A stretch of 64,000 nt of DNA, taken from contig NMRA01000045.1 in assembly GCA_002633005.1 (NCBI GenBank), forward strand, positions 341,131-405,130, given 5' to 3'. Positions 1 through 11,975 of this stretch are shown here, piece after piece. The first letter of the stretch is position 1; every line of letters begins with the position of its first letter. The notes beneath the pieces are model-generated. The model was not told the DNA's origin and ran no database searches. It worked only from the letters and a program-made list of their open reading frames with translations. The translations under genes were made by a program, and so were the position numbers. The stretch is from Phoronis australis (lineage: Eukaryota; Animalia; Phoronida).

Positions 1-122
1 GGTTCGAAGTCAGCTCGTGTTCATGTTCGAGCAGCTGACTGGAGAATAAACTGTTGAGCAACGGACTCCGTGAGACTAGTTCATAGAATCCAACAGCAAT
101 CATCTGATAATACAGTGTAAAC

Positions 123-562
123 TGGAGACCCTGGACTTCTGCGATAATGGGAAATGGATAGAATTTACAGAATCTGATTTCTTTCACAGAATTAGAGATT
201 TTGAACTGAACTTCCATATTTCAGTAGCAGACGCCATAATTCTAATATCCAGGGGTCTTAATTAACAAATATTAGGCTGCAAATCGATCGACCACAGTTT
301 CGCAACACATGTTCAAGTAGCTTTCAATCTATGTGAAGGTGGCGCTGCTCTTTTTCGGTTTTGAGAAGTAATAAACATGGCTTGCAGCACGAAAATGGAG
401 TTATAGCATAATTCAGCAGAAAGTAGGGCAATTCCCAGATCAATTTAAACGTTAGTTATCACTCTGAAGTAGTAAAATACAATTTATAATTTAGAATGGA
501 AGAAAAATAGAAATTTGCTAAAACAGATTTCTGTTTTTTATAGCTGAAGACCAGGGTCTCTA
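123..562. mobile_element. MITE-like element with ~17-bp terminal inverted repeats
   Basis: tggagaccctggacttc (123-139) matches the reverse complement of gaagaccagggtctcta (546-562) with 2 mismatches; the interior is non-coding. Confidence 0.55.
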
Positions 563-914
563 TTTGAACGGAGGCCTGTTTACAAAAATGTCGTAACCTT
601 ACAGATGTACTTTACAGAGCCTAAACAGAAACGTAGGATCAGTCATAAGATTTGAAGTAAGGCTCGGTTTGGACACTGTAGAAAATACACCCCAGTAAGG
701 ACATTTTAGTGAATTACCATTTTTGTAACTAAGAAAAGCCAGCCATCATGATTTATCTTCAACAACATCAAGTTCTTGACACGTGCACTTACTCATTGTT
801 CAATTATGTGTTTTGACAAAATATCATGTACTGACAGACGGTAAAAACTTCACCACAATATTTGTTTAAAAATACGATTCACTATTCATATTCTACCCAG
901 CAATTAATTGTTAA

Positions 915-3900
915 AAGCCTTGTAAAAAAATAAATTTATTCAAGAACTGGTGTAAAACAAAAATAGACAAAATATGGCGATCTATTTCATGGCGCTCAAA
1001 GCTGAGGCATTCCATTTCTCTACAGATCAAGCTTTGGCGTCTTTAGCACTCTGGTAATCAGTTTTGTTTACTCAAGGAAGATGTGCAATTCATAGGACTT
1101 TTCCAAAGCAATCAGAAGTTGCATGTACAGTTCCTCTCCAAGCCTACTACTCACTTTACAACCAAACTTCTTAACCAATTTCCCCAGTCCCTGCAGTGTG
1201 TGCGATGCCTTCCCAAAATTGCAATGGTTCTTGTGTCTGTTTGTTCTTACTATCCTTTCCTCACTTCAGGTGAATACAAATTGGGATGGTGTTTCTGTTT
1301 TTAGTATCCAAAACCCGAGCTACAACTTCCTCTAACTCCAACCCACGCTGGAAAAAATACAAAAAATTGTTACAGACCAGGAAGTAGACATTATGAACAT
1401 GAAAGATCCAAAAAGAAAGTTCTGTTGTTACAAAGTATTCTTAGCATCTTCCACCTAGAACACCTCGGGTATTTTCATATCCTCAAATTATCCCTCGAAG
1501 TTGTTTCATATCTGTGTATGTGTGAATTTCAGTAACAGCAAAATGTTTGGTAAATAGCTGGTTAAAAACCATGACTTAACTATTCAGGTCTCAAAAGCCA
1601 CATTCAATACTATACAGAATCCTTAGTCTGCCTAACGATGTACTGCTAATTTTTAAGCCTGTAATCACAAGTGTATCTCGGACCTTTGAAGGCATTTTCT
1701 ACGTTAAGAGTCGCATGATTTGCTATGAATGAAGTTTACGCATGCACAGATAAGAAACACCTCAGACGGGAAATTTGAGACTACAAAATACCCGATGGGT
1801 TCCAAATGAGCATCTTTCTCAGAAAAGAGAAACTAAACATCATCGTCACTGATATGGTAAATATAGTACTGATTGCACAATGTGGAAACCAGCTGTCAAT
1901 CTTAGCAATATTTACTTATAGTGATCCTAATTTTGAAAACTAGTTTCACAATACCGGTTATTCAGTTACTGCCAGGTTCGCAAACTAACTTTCATCAAAA
2001 CCAACTATTAATCTTGACAGCTCTATAACTTTGGGTGGCTGAAAAAGAAAATCCAATTATTTTCCCCCTTTAAAGGTTGATATTTTTTTTAACACAAGAA
2101 AAAAACTAATTCTCATAAAATTCACTACAACTGGTGATGAAAGAATCCAACATCTATTTTTAAGCTGTGATAATCGATGAATCCAAAGGTAACAACATAA
2201 CATAAACTTGCGGCTGGATGTAAAACCGGCAGTTTACTTGCCTTTACTGAATTTTTCTCACCGTTCTGACAATAAGAAGAACGAAAATACACTCAAACAT
2301 TATCTATTTTCAACAAAGAAACAAGGTGTCAGATTACTGTTTATCGTTTTAGTTCAACAAGAAACACAATCATGTTAGATCATTAATGTTTTATAATATG
2401 GTTTTGAATAAACAAAAAACGTCCACAAACTGTGCTTGCTTGTGTTCTTGGGTGAAAACAAACAAGGAATAGCTGAGGGGCGTACTAATAAATATTGATT
2501 TTGTACATAGGATGTGCTGCTCACATGGGTGGAGTTTTTCGTCAGATCCCCTACAAAAAAACCTTTTATGATTTAAATTTCCCACAATAGTGTAAACGTT
2601 ACATGTTAGTATGATAGGGAGTCTACAAAAGGGTCTTCTTTGGCAACAGAACGAACAGTTGTTTATTCAATTCCAATTCAAAACGTAACCAAAAAGTTAC
2701 ATGAGAGGGTGCTTTTTTCTCAGAAACTCCCAGCAAAGTGTTTCCCATCTTTAGTGGATACCCAAATATCCAAGTGGAATGCCCCATCAAACTATAGTCA
2801 AGCACTACCGCGTGAGAGCTGCAGAGAAGAGGCGTTACTGAAGATATTTCCGTCACAAGCTCGTCAGCAATACACAACCCATTGATCGCCATGTTCTTAC
2901 CATCACCCACAATGCAACTGGTACCCAAGGCCAAAATATCTACACCCCTCATAAATATGTAAAACTTGAAAGTTCGTTAGACTGACAGATACAAGTACAT
3001 ATACATGCCCACTAAAACATCTTACACATCTTGCAGCCATATAGCGACTGCAGTATGAAGTACCCTCACTTCATGTGATAATCATGAATCCTAATCAAGA
3101 GCTTCAACAGAAATGCTAATCTTAGATTTCTTTGCACAAACATTTCGATATTTTTACCATTCTAAAACGATCGGGAATATCGCTTTTGTTTAGTTCATAA
3201 ATACTTCTCAGGCCGACATTTTATCCTACTGAGTCCAGTTAATGCTACTGTTAATGAAGAGACAGTGCTTTGAAAGAAAATGTTTTGTGTTTTCTCCATG
3301 CATTTAAAATTTAACATCCTTCCTCCAAGAGAACAATAATGCCAGATTTACAGGGTGCAAAAACGCAATTTTCCAGGATCCACACAATGACGAGAAATCC
3401 CTCAGACATGGAGGAAACCCTTTAAACAAAAGGCGACATTATTTTAAACAGGAAAAGAGTGACGATTAATTCCATCGCCAGAGACGAATTGATACAAATA
3501 AAAATAGCCATGGACACCATCACCCTCGAAGAGGAAATTTTGTTTAAGCAAAACCAGTTAACGGAGCGCACTAGATTTGACTGCTAGAGTTCAAAGCGCA
3601 ACAGATAAGACCCCCTATTTCCTGTTAATCATGAAACTAATTACAATACTGAGGCATTGGTCGGTTATAGCGGTCCCTGATTTAGAGAACCAGGCAATCA
3701 CTGAAAAACAGGCTCATTATTTAGTGGATGAAACTGGTTCTCTAAATCAGGGACCNCATTGCTAAACCGCGGTCTCTGAGGCCGTCGTTGCACTCAATGT
3801 TATCATCGATCTTAATCTAAAAGGTCGGGGATTCGCGTTTCCTATTAGCACAGGGCGGTAATCACCAATCGTCAAAAGTAGGGGATGGGCGCTTAACCGA

Positions 3901-5200
3901 GAGGTGGGCGCTTAATTGGAAATCTTCAAAAATAGCAGGGGGGCGGTTAACCGAGCAGTGGGCGGTTAAATCGAAAATCCACCTAAAGTAGGGGTGGGCG
4001 GTTAACTGAGCATGGGCGTTAACCCGAACGATTACGGTACAATACTGAGGCATTGGTCGGTTATAGCGGTCCCTGATTTAGAGAACCAGGCAATCACTGA
4101 AAAACAGGCTCATTATTTAGTGGATGAAACTGATTCTCTAAATCAGGGACCGATATATCCAACCAGTGCCCAAAACTGACATCTTCTTACTAACAGAAAG
4201 GATCTGACACTTTTTTGCAGTTTCGAACACAAAACAAGGTTACAAAACATAGGTAATCTTGACATTGTTTCCAGTACAAACAAAACAAGAAAAGAGATTG
4301 TGTTTCAATTCATTTTCTTGTTTTTTGTTGTCAAATCAGCAAAAAAATGGCATAACATTCATGTATACATACAGAAACCAAAGATCAAAAGCACAAACAA
4401 TGATTTGTACACGCTTATTTTGACAAACCAGTCTTACAATTTTTGAGACACATCTTAAACTAAGCTCTTAAGAAATTGAAAAATACAGTCTATTCACTAC
4501 CAGCACAAATTCGCCATTATGCTAGAAAATGAGATTTTGTGTTCACACTGCAATGGTTCTGCGAGTTTGGAACACGTGTGCTTCAGGTTTGCAATGTTAG
4601 AACTGATGTTAGAACGAGGCATTGTGACCTTAATATTAAAGCACAACAATCATTTTTCCAAACATTTTTGCAGTGCAAGTAATGAATAGAATAAATACAT
4701 CACCTTCCAAGGCGTCCTGTTTATTGTATCAATAATCAAACACCGCAGACAAGATAAACATTTTAAAAGTCATAGATAAAAATCAGAAATACAAAATGAT
4801 TTTGTATTTATTCAAAAGCAAAACATCATGTGTCAGGGACTGAAACTGATATTCGTCTTTAGCAGTATAAATGTCACAAGTGAAACAAAATTAGTGTTTA
4901 GGAAAGCACCAAGCGTCACCGGATGTAAACTGCACGCATCGTGAATCATATGAATCACGACTGATGAGTTGCGCAAAAACAAAGACGCAGTCAAGAAAGT
5001 ACAAATAAAAGAGAATTTTTTGAAGAACGTTTCGAAACTTTTCACTCTATGCTTTTTAAGGTGCATGAGACATTCCATATTCACAAAGTAACTAGTGTTT
5101 TCATGAACCCAGTGCATATGAAGGAAGATTTACGAACCTCAGCAAAGCACATCACTGCGACCAGCCGCCATTTCGAGATTTCCTAAGTTTTTCGCCCACA
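915..5200 (-). other. Candidate spliced transcript divergent from CHMP2A (lncRNA or micropeptide; no recognisable product)
   Basis: Minus-strand splice signals: donor G|GTTCGT after 5138; micro-exons 2550-2525 (ttttttgtag / GTGAGC) and 2038-1990 (ttctttttcag / GTTAGT); terminal acceptor tttttccag at 1347; AATAAA at 940-935. No homologue recognised. Confidence 0.3.
3642..4152. repeat. Duplicated ~113-bp segment containing a small TIR element, split by a single N, with a partial TA-flanked MITE between the copies
   Basis: 3642-3755 is near-identical to 4038-4152; N at 3756. Each copy has the inverted repeat ggtccctgatttagagaaccag / ctggttctctaaatcagggacc. 3757-4039 carries gggcg(g/c)ttaa subrepeats and ends ...cgattacggta. 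Confidence 0.75.
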
Positions 5201-5434
5201 CTCTCATATACAGAATAATTTGTTCTAAAAAGATGTAATAAAGTTGCTTAAAGTAAAATTTTACTGTTTTTTTTTACTAATTTTATAATAATTATGATTA
5301 TTTGGATTCATAGGGTACTTTTAGTAATCCGTATGTTATATTAGATGCTGCAAGTTTGGAGATTACCGAAATCCCGTGCTCCTGACGTCATTCATGTAAA
5401 CAGGAAGCTGTTTATATTTGATCGAAGTGAAGAG
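5160..5434. promoter_or_regulatory. Putative bidirectional promoter and non-coding first exon of CHMP2A
   Basis: YY1-type gccgccattt (~5164-5173), CRE TGACGTCA (5383-5390), FOX GTAAACA and ETS CAGGAAG (5396-5407), followed by the donor gag|GTGAGG at 5434/5435. Confidence 0.55.
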
Positions 5435-5627
5435 GTGAGGTTCTCTGTGGATTTAGTAAATCTTCTATTAAGTAAGTTCAGCGAGTTTTATTTTCCTGTT
5501 TTTTGTCATAGAGAGCTATATTTTGTTCTAGTTTCATATTTGACTTCTGTTTGGAAAGTTCTTGTATTATCATTCACTTGCCAATGAATTGAAACATGAA
5601 AGCTGCTATCTCTTACTCTGTGCTGAA

Positions 5628-6380
5628 TGGGTGAGTGTAGCCAGCTAACTGTATGAAGCCTGTCGTCAAAATACAGCTAGGTACCACTGTGTGTATTTCT
5701 TCCATAGACCCCGAAATTCCGAAATTGCACACAGCCATGGTAGTCCTGCTCGTCACCGCGCCGTGAAACATGTAAAGCTAAAGACCGGATGGGGCGCATG
5801 CAAAATCTGGGAATCAACCAACACTCACCTTGTCCGTTACAGCCGTTTAAGTGAAAAACAATGCAATAAACGTCATTTTCTTGTGTAACTCTCCACCTTT
5901 AGTAACAATGAAAAGTTTGTCGTCGTTTTGAAAACAATACGCTTGTGTCACGTGTACGCGCCATTTCCTAATTTTTTGTGACACCTCTCGGGAGATGATG
6001 ATGATTTCTTCTGAAATTTGGTTTTTCGGTATCAAAACTCTAAATACTTATACTGAAGTGAATCGAGTTCCGGTAATTTGTTGTGACGTGTATGCAACCT
6101 CGTGAAAGCAGAACAGTTGATTGATCGACGAAAAAAGAAACTGGCCAATAGATGACGCAATATTTCATGGCGCCGAAAACCGTCACTAAAGATCATTCCA
6201 CAACTTTAGCAGCAGAATAACAGCAGAACGCCACTTTTGCCAACACCGTTAAATAATTTAGTTTACTCAAGGAAGACTGTAGTTTTTAATGACACTAATT
6301 TTGTGTTAGATTTTTTCTTGTCACTTTTTTACCCACCTAGGTGCAAAGCTAATTTATATACAGCTTAGTACCAAGGCTAC
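5628..6380 (+). mobile_element. Internal fragment of the Kolobok-type element family found at 60201-61822
   Basis: Colinear similarity to 60630-61440 (e.g. ggggcgcatgcaaaatctgg, cagccgtttaa, aataaacgtcatt, agtttactc). Shorter related pieces lie at ~983-1083 and, inverted, at ~7330-7455. Confidence 0.65.
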
Positions 6381-7136
6381 TAGTAGGATGAGTATAGCCT
6401 TGGTGCAAAGCTGTATAAATACACAACATTGCACCGATGTGGATAAAATCCGACCAATTAAAGTCTGACACAAAACTAGCGTTACTGAAAACTACATTCT
6501 TCCTTAAGTAAACTAAATTACATCGGTTCTTGTGGATGTGCTCCTGGTGAACCATGTCAACCTCTGGCGTTGGTCTCTAACACTGACTGGTTAACAGATA
6601 ATTACTGAATTACTTGTCAGCTGAATGGTTAACATGCGTGCTGGTTTTATCAGTGTTAGTGGTTCGACAACTTCGATTCCTTGGTTGGGTAATTTTGGCA
6701 GTTACTACATGGTTTTAGAAAATTTGGCATTCCATCTGTGTTATGCCTCTAAAGTTGTGACTTTTGCTGCCATGAAATAGCAACATTTATTTGCCAGTTT
6801 CTTTTTTGACAATTTTTCAATCAACTGTTCTTGTTCCACTAGGTTGTGTACATGTCACAACAAATTCAGAACTTCATTGTAAGTTTTAACTTATTTTAAT
6901 GGCTGACTCGTCAGCAAAGTATTTAACCAATAGTTTAATTGAATTATCTGAGTCAGACTGTGAATATAGTTTTTTCTTTGTGAGAAGTCAGTTTTGTCTC
7001 GTAACAATGTTATGTAATACTTTGTGTGGTGAATATAAAAAATAACCTAGTTTGGCCAAAAACGTTGTCAGGTGTCATCTATTGACTAAAGAGGTCACTG
7101 TCGAGTGAATAGTCACGTTGTATTTTAACACCAGCA

Positions 7137-10100
7137 TACCAAATTTCAGTGCAAAATTTGCTGCTGTGAAGCTGTCCTTATCTCCGGAAGGATGTCACCA
7201 AAAATACCAAACAGCGTGTGTGCATGTCACGAGCGTAATATTTAGACAATGACAATAGACATGTCTTTCATGGTTACAAAGCGATGAAGAATTATGGAAT
7301 CAAAAGATGTTCACTTAAATTGATGCAACGGGAGAGATGCGTGTTGGTTGACTCACAGATTTTACGTGCACCCCGTCAGTCATTAGCTCTACACGTTGAT
7401 ATAAGTTTCATGATGGGGTGACAAATAGATGTGTGTGAAATTTTGAGGTCTGGTGGAGCTTAGCACGCAGTATTTCTTAGCTGTATTTTAGCACTAGTCT
7501 TCATGCAGCTACTGTGGCTCTGGCTATGCAACTGTAGTGTAACCTTGGAGCAAAGCCGAATGTACTTTGACGTTAGTTTTCATGCTGCTAGCTGGTTGGC
7601 TATGCTAAATGGTAAGTAATAAGTTGTCATTACTCCATTATCACTAGCCAAATTTAGAGGTTCCTTGATACCTGATAGGTGTTTCTAGATTGGGCTAGTT
7701 GAGGGGCATATGATGTAGCTTTGCCCAAATACTTAGTATAGGCATAAAAGAATTCCCCCATGTCCCCTCCTATCCCCCCTCCCCATCCCAATTGCCAACT
7801 ATTTTTCTTCCCCGGTTGCACCCGTTCCACCCCTTCCTTGGTTCGTCACGGCGTTTTCCCGTTGCTCCCAACTTGTTCGATTCTATAGCCCAACAACAAG
7901 TTGGGAAGATTACCCCTGTATCCAATATCTTACACGACTGATTAACTCCATTCTGGTATTCATGGTTGGAGGGCCAACTCTCTTTTGTTCAATTAGTGCT
8001 CTAATCTTCAATAAGATCGTATCTAGCCTGACTGGGCTGTGCTGCTAAAAACAAAAGTTAAGTTATAACATATTTGAACATAAACCAATAGCATTTCTGA
8101 AATCCTCATCAAATGGTGATCATGTTTAGTTTTTGAATTGCCAAAATTGCCCAACTGCAACCGAAGTTACGATAATCTATTCTTTCCGAATGTACCAATT
8201 CACTCTGGGTTTGACAGTGTTCACACGTGGTCTGTAATAAGCCTGGTAGATAATTGGCGTGCCTGTTGTCATAATAGACAAAAGGCTGTGCTTGGCAGTT
8301 AACAAAGAAGCTAGATGTTATCACACGCTCAGGACCCCCTTCGTCTGGTAAAGTTACTGAACGGGAAAACGCTGTCATGTGTCACTGATTTCACCATCCT
8401 TCTTATATATCTTTCCTATGTTTTTCCATTTGATGATCCATTACCATATTTTTTCTTGTTTTCCTGAATCTGGAAGAGACAATTTTCTGCACCCAACCCC
8501 CCTCCTAATCCAATTTCACTCCAGTTTTAAGTGATTGTCTGTTTTGTACAATCAAAGACCGTTATATTCACTTGATGCCATTGAGTTTTGAATAAAAATC
8601 GTGTGAGCCACCAAAATCAAACTTAACCTTCGTCAATCACCTCATTTCACACACCCAACATTATATGCCCATATCTATCTGTTTCAGAAGCACACATCAT
8701 GGAGTGGTTATTTGGGAAAAAGAAGACTCCTGAGCAGATGCTGAGACAGAACCAGAGGGCGCTCAACAAAGCCATGAGAGATCTGGATAGGGAACGAACG
8801 AAAATGGAGAGTCAAGAAAAGAAGATCATTGCCGATATAAAGAAAATGGCTAAACAGGGCCAAATGGTACAGTTTTCGGGATCAGTTTTCCATCCCTTTC
8901 CACATGTATATCAAGAACTTCGTAAGAAATTTTTGCAACAAATACTGTCACATAATTATAACCTTGATTACTTTTCTGAGCAAGGAATGTTAATGAGCCA
9001 AAGTGTAGTTGTGAGTATTTACTGTGGTATTGTAATGCCTAAAGTAGCCAACCTTGCTCACGCTTTTCACATTGAAACCTTTATGCGTTGACCACAGATC
9101 TGACTGTGCAAGTGAACTTGGGTATCTTTAAGAGGTGGACTTCAAGTACATAAATGGAGACCTCTAACAATGAAGATCTTGAGTTGTTTGTTGTTCTTAA
9201 AGTCTCACACAGTGCCGTATTTGAAAGCCATTGTGTTTGTTTTATGTTTTGTGCTGGAACACTTTGGTTTCGTTCTTTTTAATACAAAGGTTTGGCATTT
9301 CGACTATCACATGGTACAACCGTGAACTGAATGGAGTCCACTGATTACTTCAACAGGACGATTCACCACCAGTAGCTTCATTCATTTGAGTTTGTTGTTT
9401 GTGACTTTGGTTTGACCTNNNNNNNNNNNNNNNNNNNNNNNNNNNNNNNNNNNNNNNNNNNNNNNNNNNNNNNNNNNNNNNNNNNNNNNNNNNNNNNNNN
9501 NNNNNNNNNNNNNNNNNNNNNNNNNNNNNNNNNNNNNNNNNNNNNNNNNNNNNNNNNNNNNNNNNNNNNNNNNNNNNNNNNNNNNNNNNNNNNNNNNNNN
9601 NNNNNNNNNNNNNNNNNNNNNNNNNNNNNNNNNNNNNNNNNNNNNNNNNNNNNNNNNNNNNNNNNNNNNNNNNNNNNNNNNNNNNNNNNNNNNNNNNNCA
9701 TACCAAATTTCAGTGCAAAATTTGCTGCTGTGAAGCTGTCCTTATCTCTGGAAGGATGTCACCAAAACTACCAAACAGCGTGTGTGCATGTCATGAGCGT
9801 AATGTTTAGACAATGACTATAGACATTTCTTTCATGGTTACAAAGCGGTGAAGAATTATGGAAGCAAATGATGTTCACTTAAATTGATGCAACGGGAGAG
9901 ATGCGTGTTGGTTGACTCACAGTTTTTATGTGCACCCCGTCAGTCATTAGCTTTACACGTTGATATAATTTTCATGATGGGGTGACAAATAGATGTGTGT
10001 GAAATTTTGAGGTCTGGTGGAGCTTAGCACGCAATATTTCTTAGCTGTATTTTGGCACTAGTCTTCATGCAGCTACTGTGGCTCTCTGGCTTTGCAACTG

Positions 10101-11975
10101 TAGTGTAACCTTGGGGCAAAGCCGAATGTACTTTGACGTTAGTTTTCATGGCAGCTAGCTGGTTGGCTATGCTAAATGGTAAGTAATAAGTTGTCATTAC
10201 TCCATTATCACTAGCCAAATTTAGGGGTTCCTTGATACCCGATAGGTGTTTCTGGATTGAGCTAGTTGAGGGGCATATGATGTAGCTTTGCCCAAATACT
10301 TAGTATAGGTATAAAAGAATTCCCCCACGTCCCCTCCTATCCCCCCACTCCCCATCCCAATTGCCAACTATTTTTCTTCCCCGGTTGCACCCGTTCCACC
10401 CCTTCCTTGGTTCGTCACGACGTTTTCCCGTTGCTCCCAACTTGTTCGATTCTATAGCCCAACAACAAGTTGGGAAGATTACCCCTGTATCCAATATCTT
10501 ACACGACTGATTAACTCCATTCTGGCATTCATGGTTGGAGGGCCAACTCTCTTTTGTTCGATTAGTGCTCTAATCTTCAATAAGATCGTATCTAGCCTGA
10601 CTGGGCTGTGCTGCTAAAAATAAAAGTTGAGTTATAACATATTTGAACATAAACCAATAGCATTTCTGAAATCCTCGTCAAATGGTGATCATGTTTAGTT
10701 TTGAATTGCCAAAATTGCCCAACTGCAACCGAAGTTACGATAATCTATTCTTTCCGAATGTACCAACTCACTCTGGGTTTGACAGTATTCACACGTGTTC
10801 GGTAATAAGCCTGGTAGATAATTGGCATGCCTGTTGTTATAATAGACAAAAGATTGTGCTTGGCAGTTAACCAAGAAGGTAGATGTTATCACACGCTCAG
10901 AACCCCCTTTGTCTGGTAAAGTCACTGAACGCTGTCATGTGTCACTGATTTCACCATCCTTCTTATATATCTTTCCTATGTTTTTCCATTTGATGATCCG
11001 TTACCATATTTTTCTTGTTTTCCTGAATCTGGAAGAGAGAATTTTGTGCACCCAGCCCCCCTCCTTATCCAATTTCACTCCAGTTTTAAGTGATTGTCTG
11101 TTTCGTAAAATTAAAGTACGTTATATTCACTTGATGCCATTGAGTTTTGAATAAAAATCGTGTGAGCCACCAAAATCAAACTTAACCTTCGTCAATCGCC
11201 TCATTTCAAACACCCTACATTATTTGCCCATATCTATCTGTTTCAGAAGCACACATCATGGAGTGGTTATTTGGGAAAAAGAAGACTCCTGAGCAGATGC
11301 TGAGACAGAACCAGAGGGCGCTCAACAAAGCCATGAGAGATCTCGATAGGGAACGAACGAAAATGGAGAGTCAAGAAAAGAAGATCATCGCCGATATAAA
11401 GAAAATGGCTAAACAGGGTCAAATGGTACAGTTTTCGGGATCAGTTTTCCATCCCTTTCCACATGTATGTCAAGAACTTCGCAAGAAATTTTTTCAACAA
11501 ATACTGTCACATAATTATTACCTTGATTACTTTTCTGAGCAAGGAATGTTAATTAGCCAAAGTTTAGTTGTGAGTATTTACTGTGGTATTGTAATGCCTA
11601 AAGTAGCCAACCTTGGTCACGCTATTCCCATTGAAACCTTTATACATTGACCACAGATCTGACTGTGCAAGTGAACTTGGGCATCTTTAAGAGGTGGACT
11701 TAAGTGCATAAATGGAGACCTCTAACAATGAAGACCTTGAGTTGTTTGTTGTTCTTAAAGTCCCACACAGTGCCGTATTTGAAAGCCATTGTGTTTGTTT
11801 TATGTTTTGTGCTGGAACACTTTGTTTTCGTTCTTTTTAATACAAAGGTTTGGCATTTCGACTATCACATGGTACAACCGTGAACTGAATGGAGTCCACT
11901 GATTACTTCAACAGGACGATTCACCACCAGTAGCTTCATTCATTTGAGTTTGTTGTTTGTGACTTTGGTTTGACC
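7137..11975. repeat. ~2.3-kb direct duplication (7137-9418 and 9699-11975) flanking an N-gap; probable haplotype false duplication
   Basis: Copy 1 ends exactly at the gap (9419-9698) and copy 2 starts exactly after it; differences are scattered SNPs and small indels. Confidence 0.85.
8699..8866 (+). CDS. CHMP2A: Duplicate copy of the CHMP2A first coding exon
   Basis: Encodes MEWLFGKKKTPEQMLRQNQRALNKAMRDLDRERTKMESQEKKIIADIKKMAKQGQM, then GTACAG. Protein is identical to 11258-11425; the three visible differences are synonymous. Confidence 0.8.

Noticed and set aside
1757-1854. C/D-box snoRNA-like segment on the minus strand (GTGACGA ... CTGA with a wobbly 5-bp stem); similar GTGATGG...CTGA segments at ~2720-2906 and ~3402-3523
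   Set aside because: The C boxes are non-consensus, terminal stems are weak or absent, and I could not identify a 10-nt or longer rRNA/snRNA complement; needs snoscan/Infernal.
1335-2536. Inverted 11-12-nt match (aactccaaccca / tgggtggagtt) that would form a hairpin across a splice junction
   Set aside because: A well-defined candidate exon (2038-1990) lies between the two halves, and the match is short enough to be chance.
8867-9091. ORF-track extensions of exons (e.g. VQFSGSVFHPF... in CHMP2A, and similar ones for spondin exons)
   Set aside because: These are read-through into introns; similarity to the protein family stops exactly at GT donors.
9350-9816. ORFs spanning N-gaps (also 30146-30567)
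   Set aside because: Artefacts of unresolved bases.
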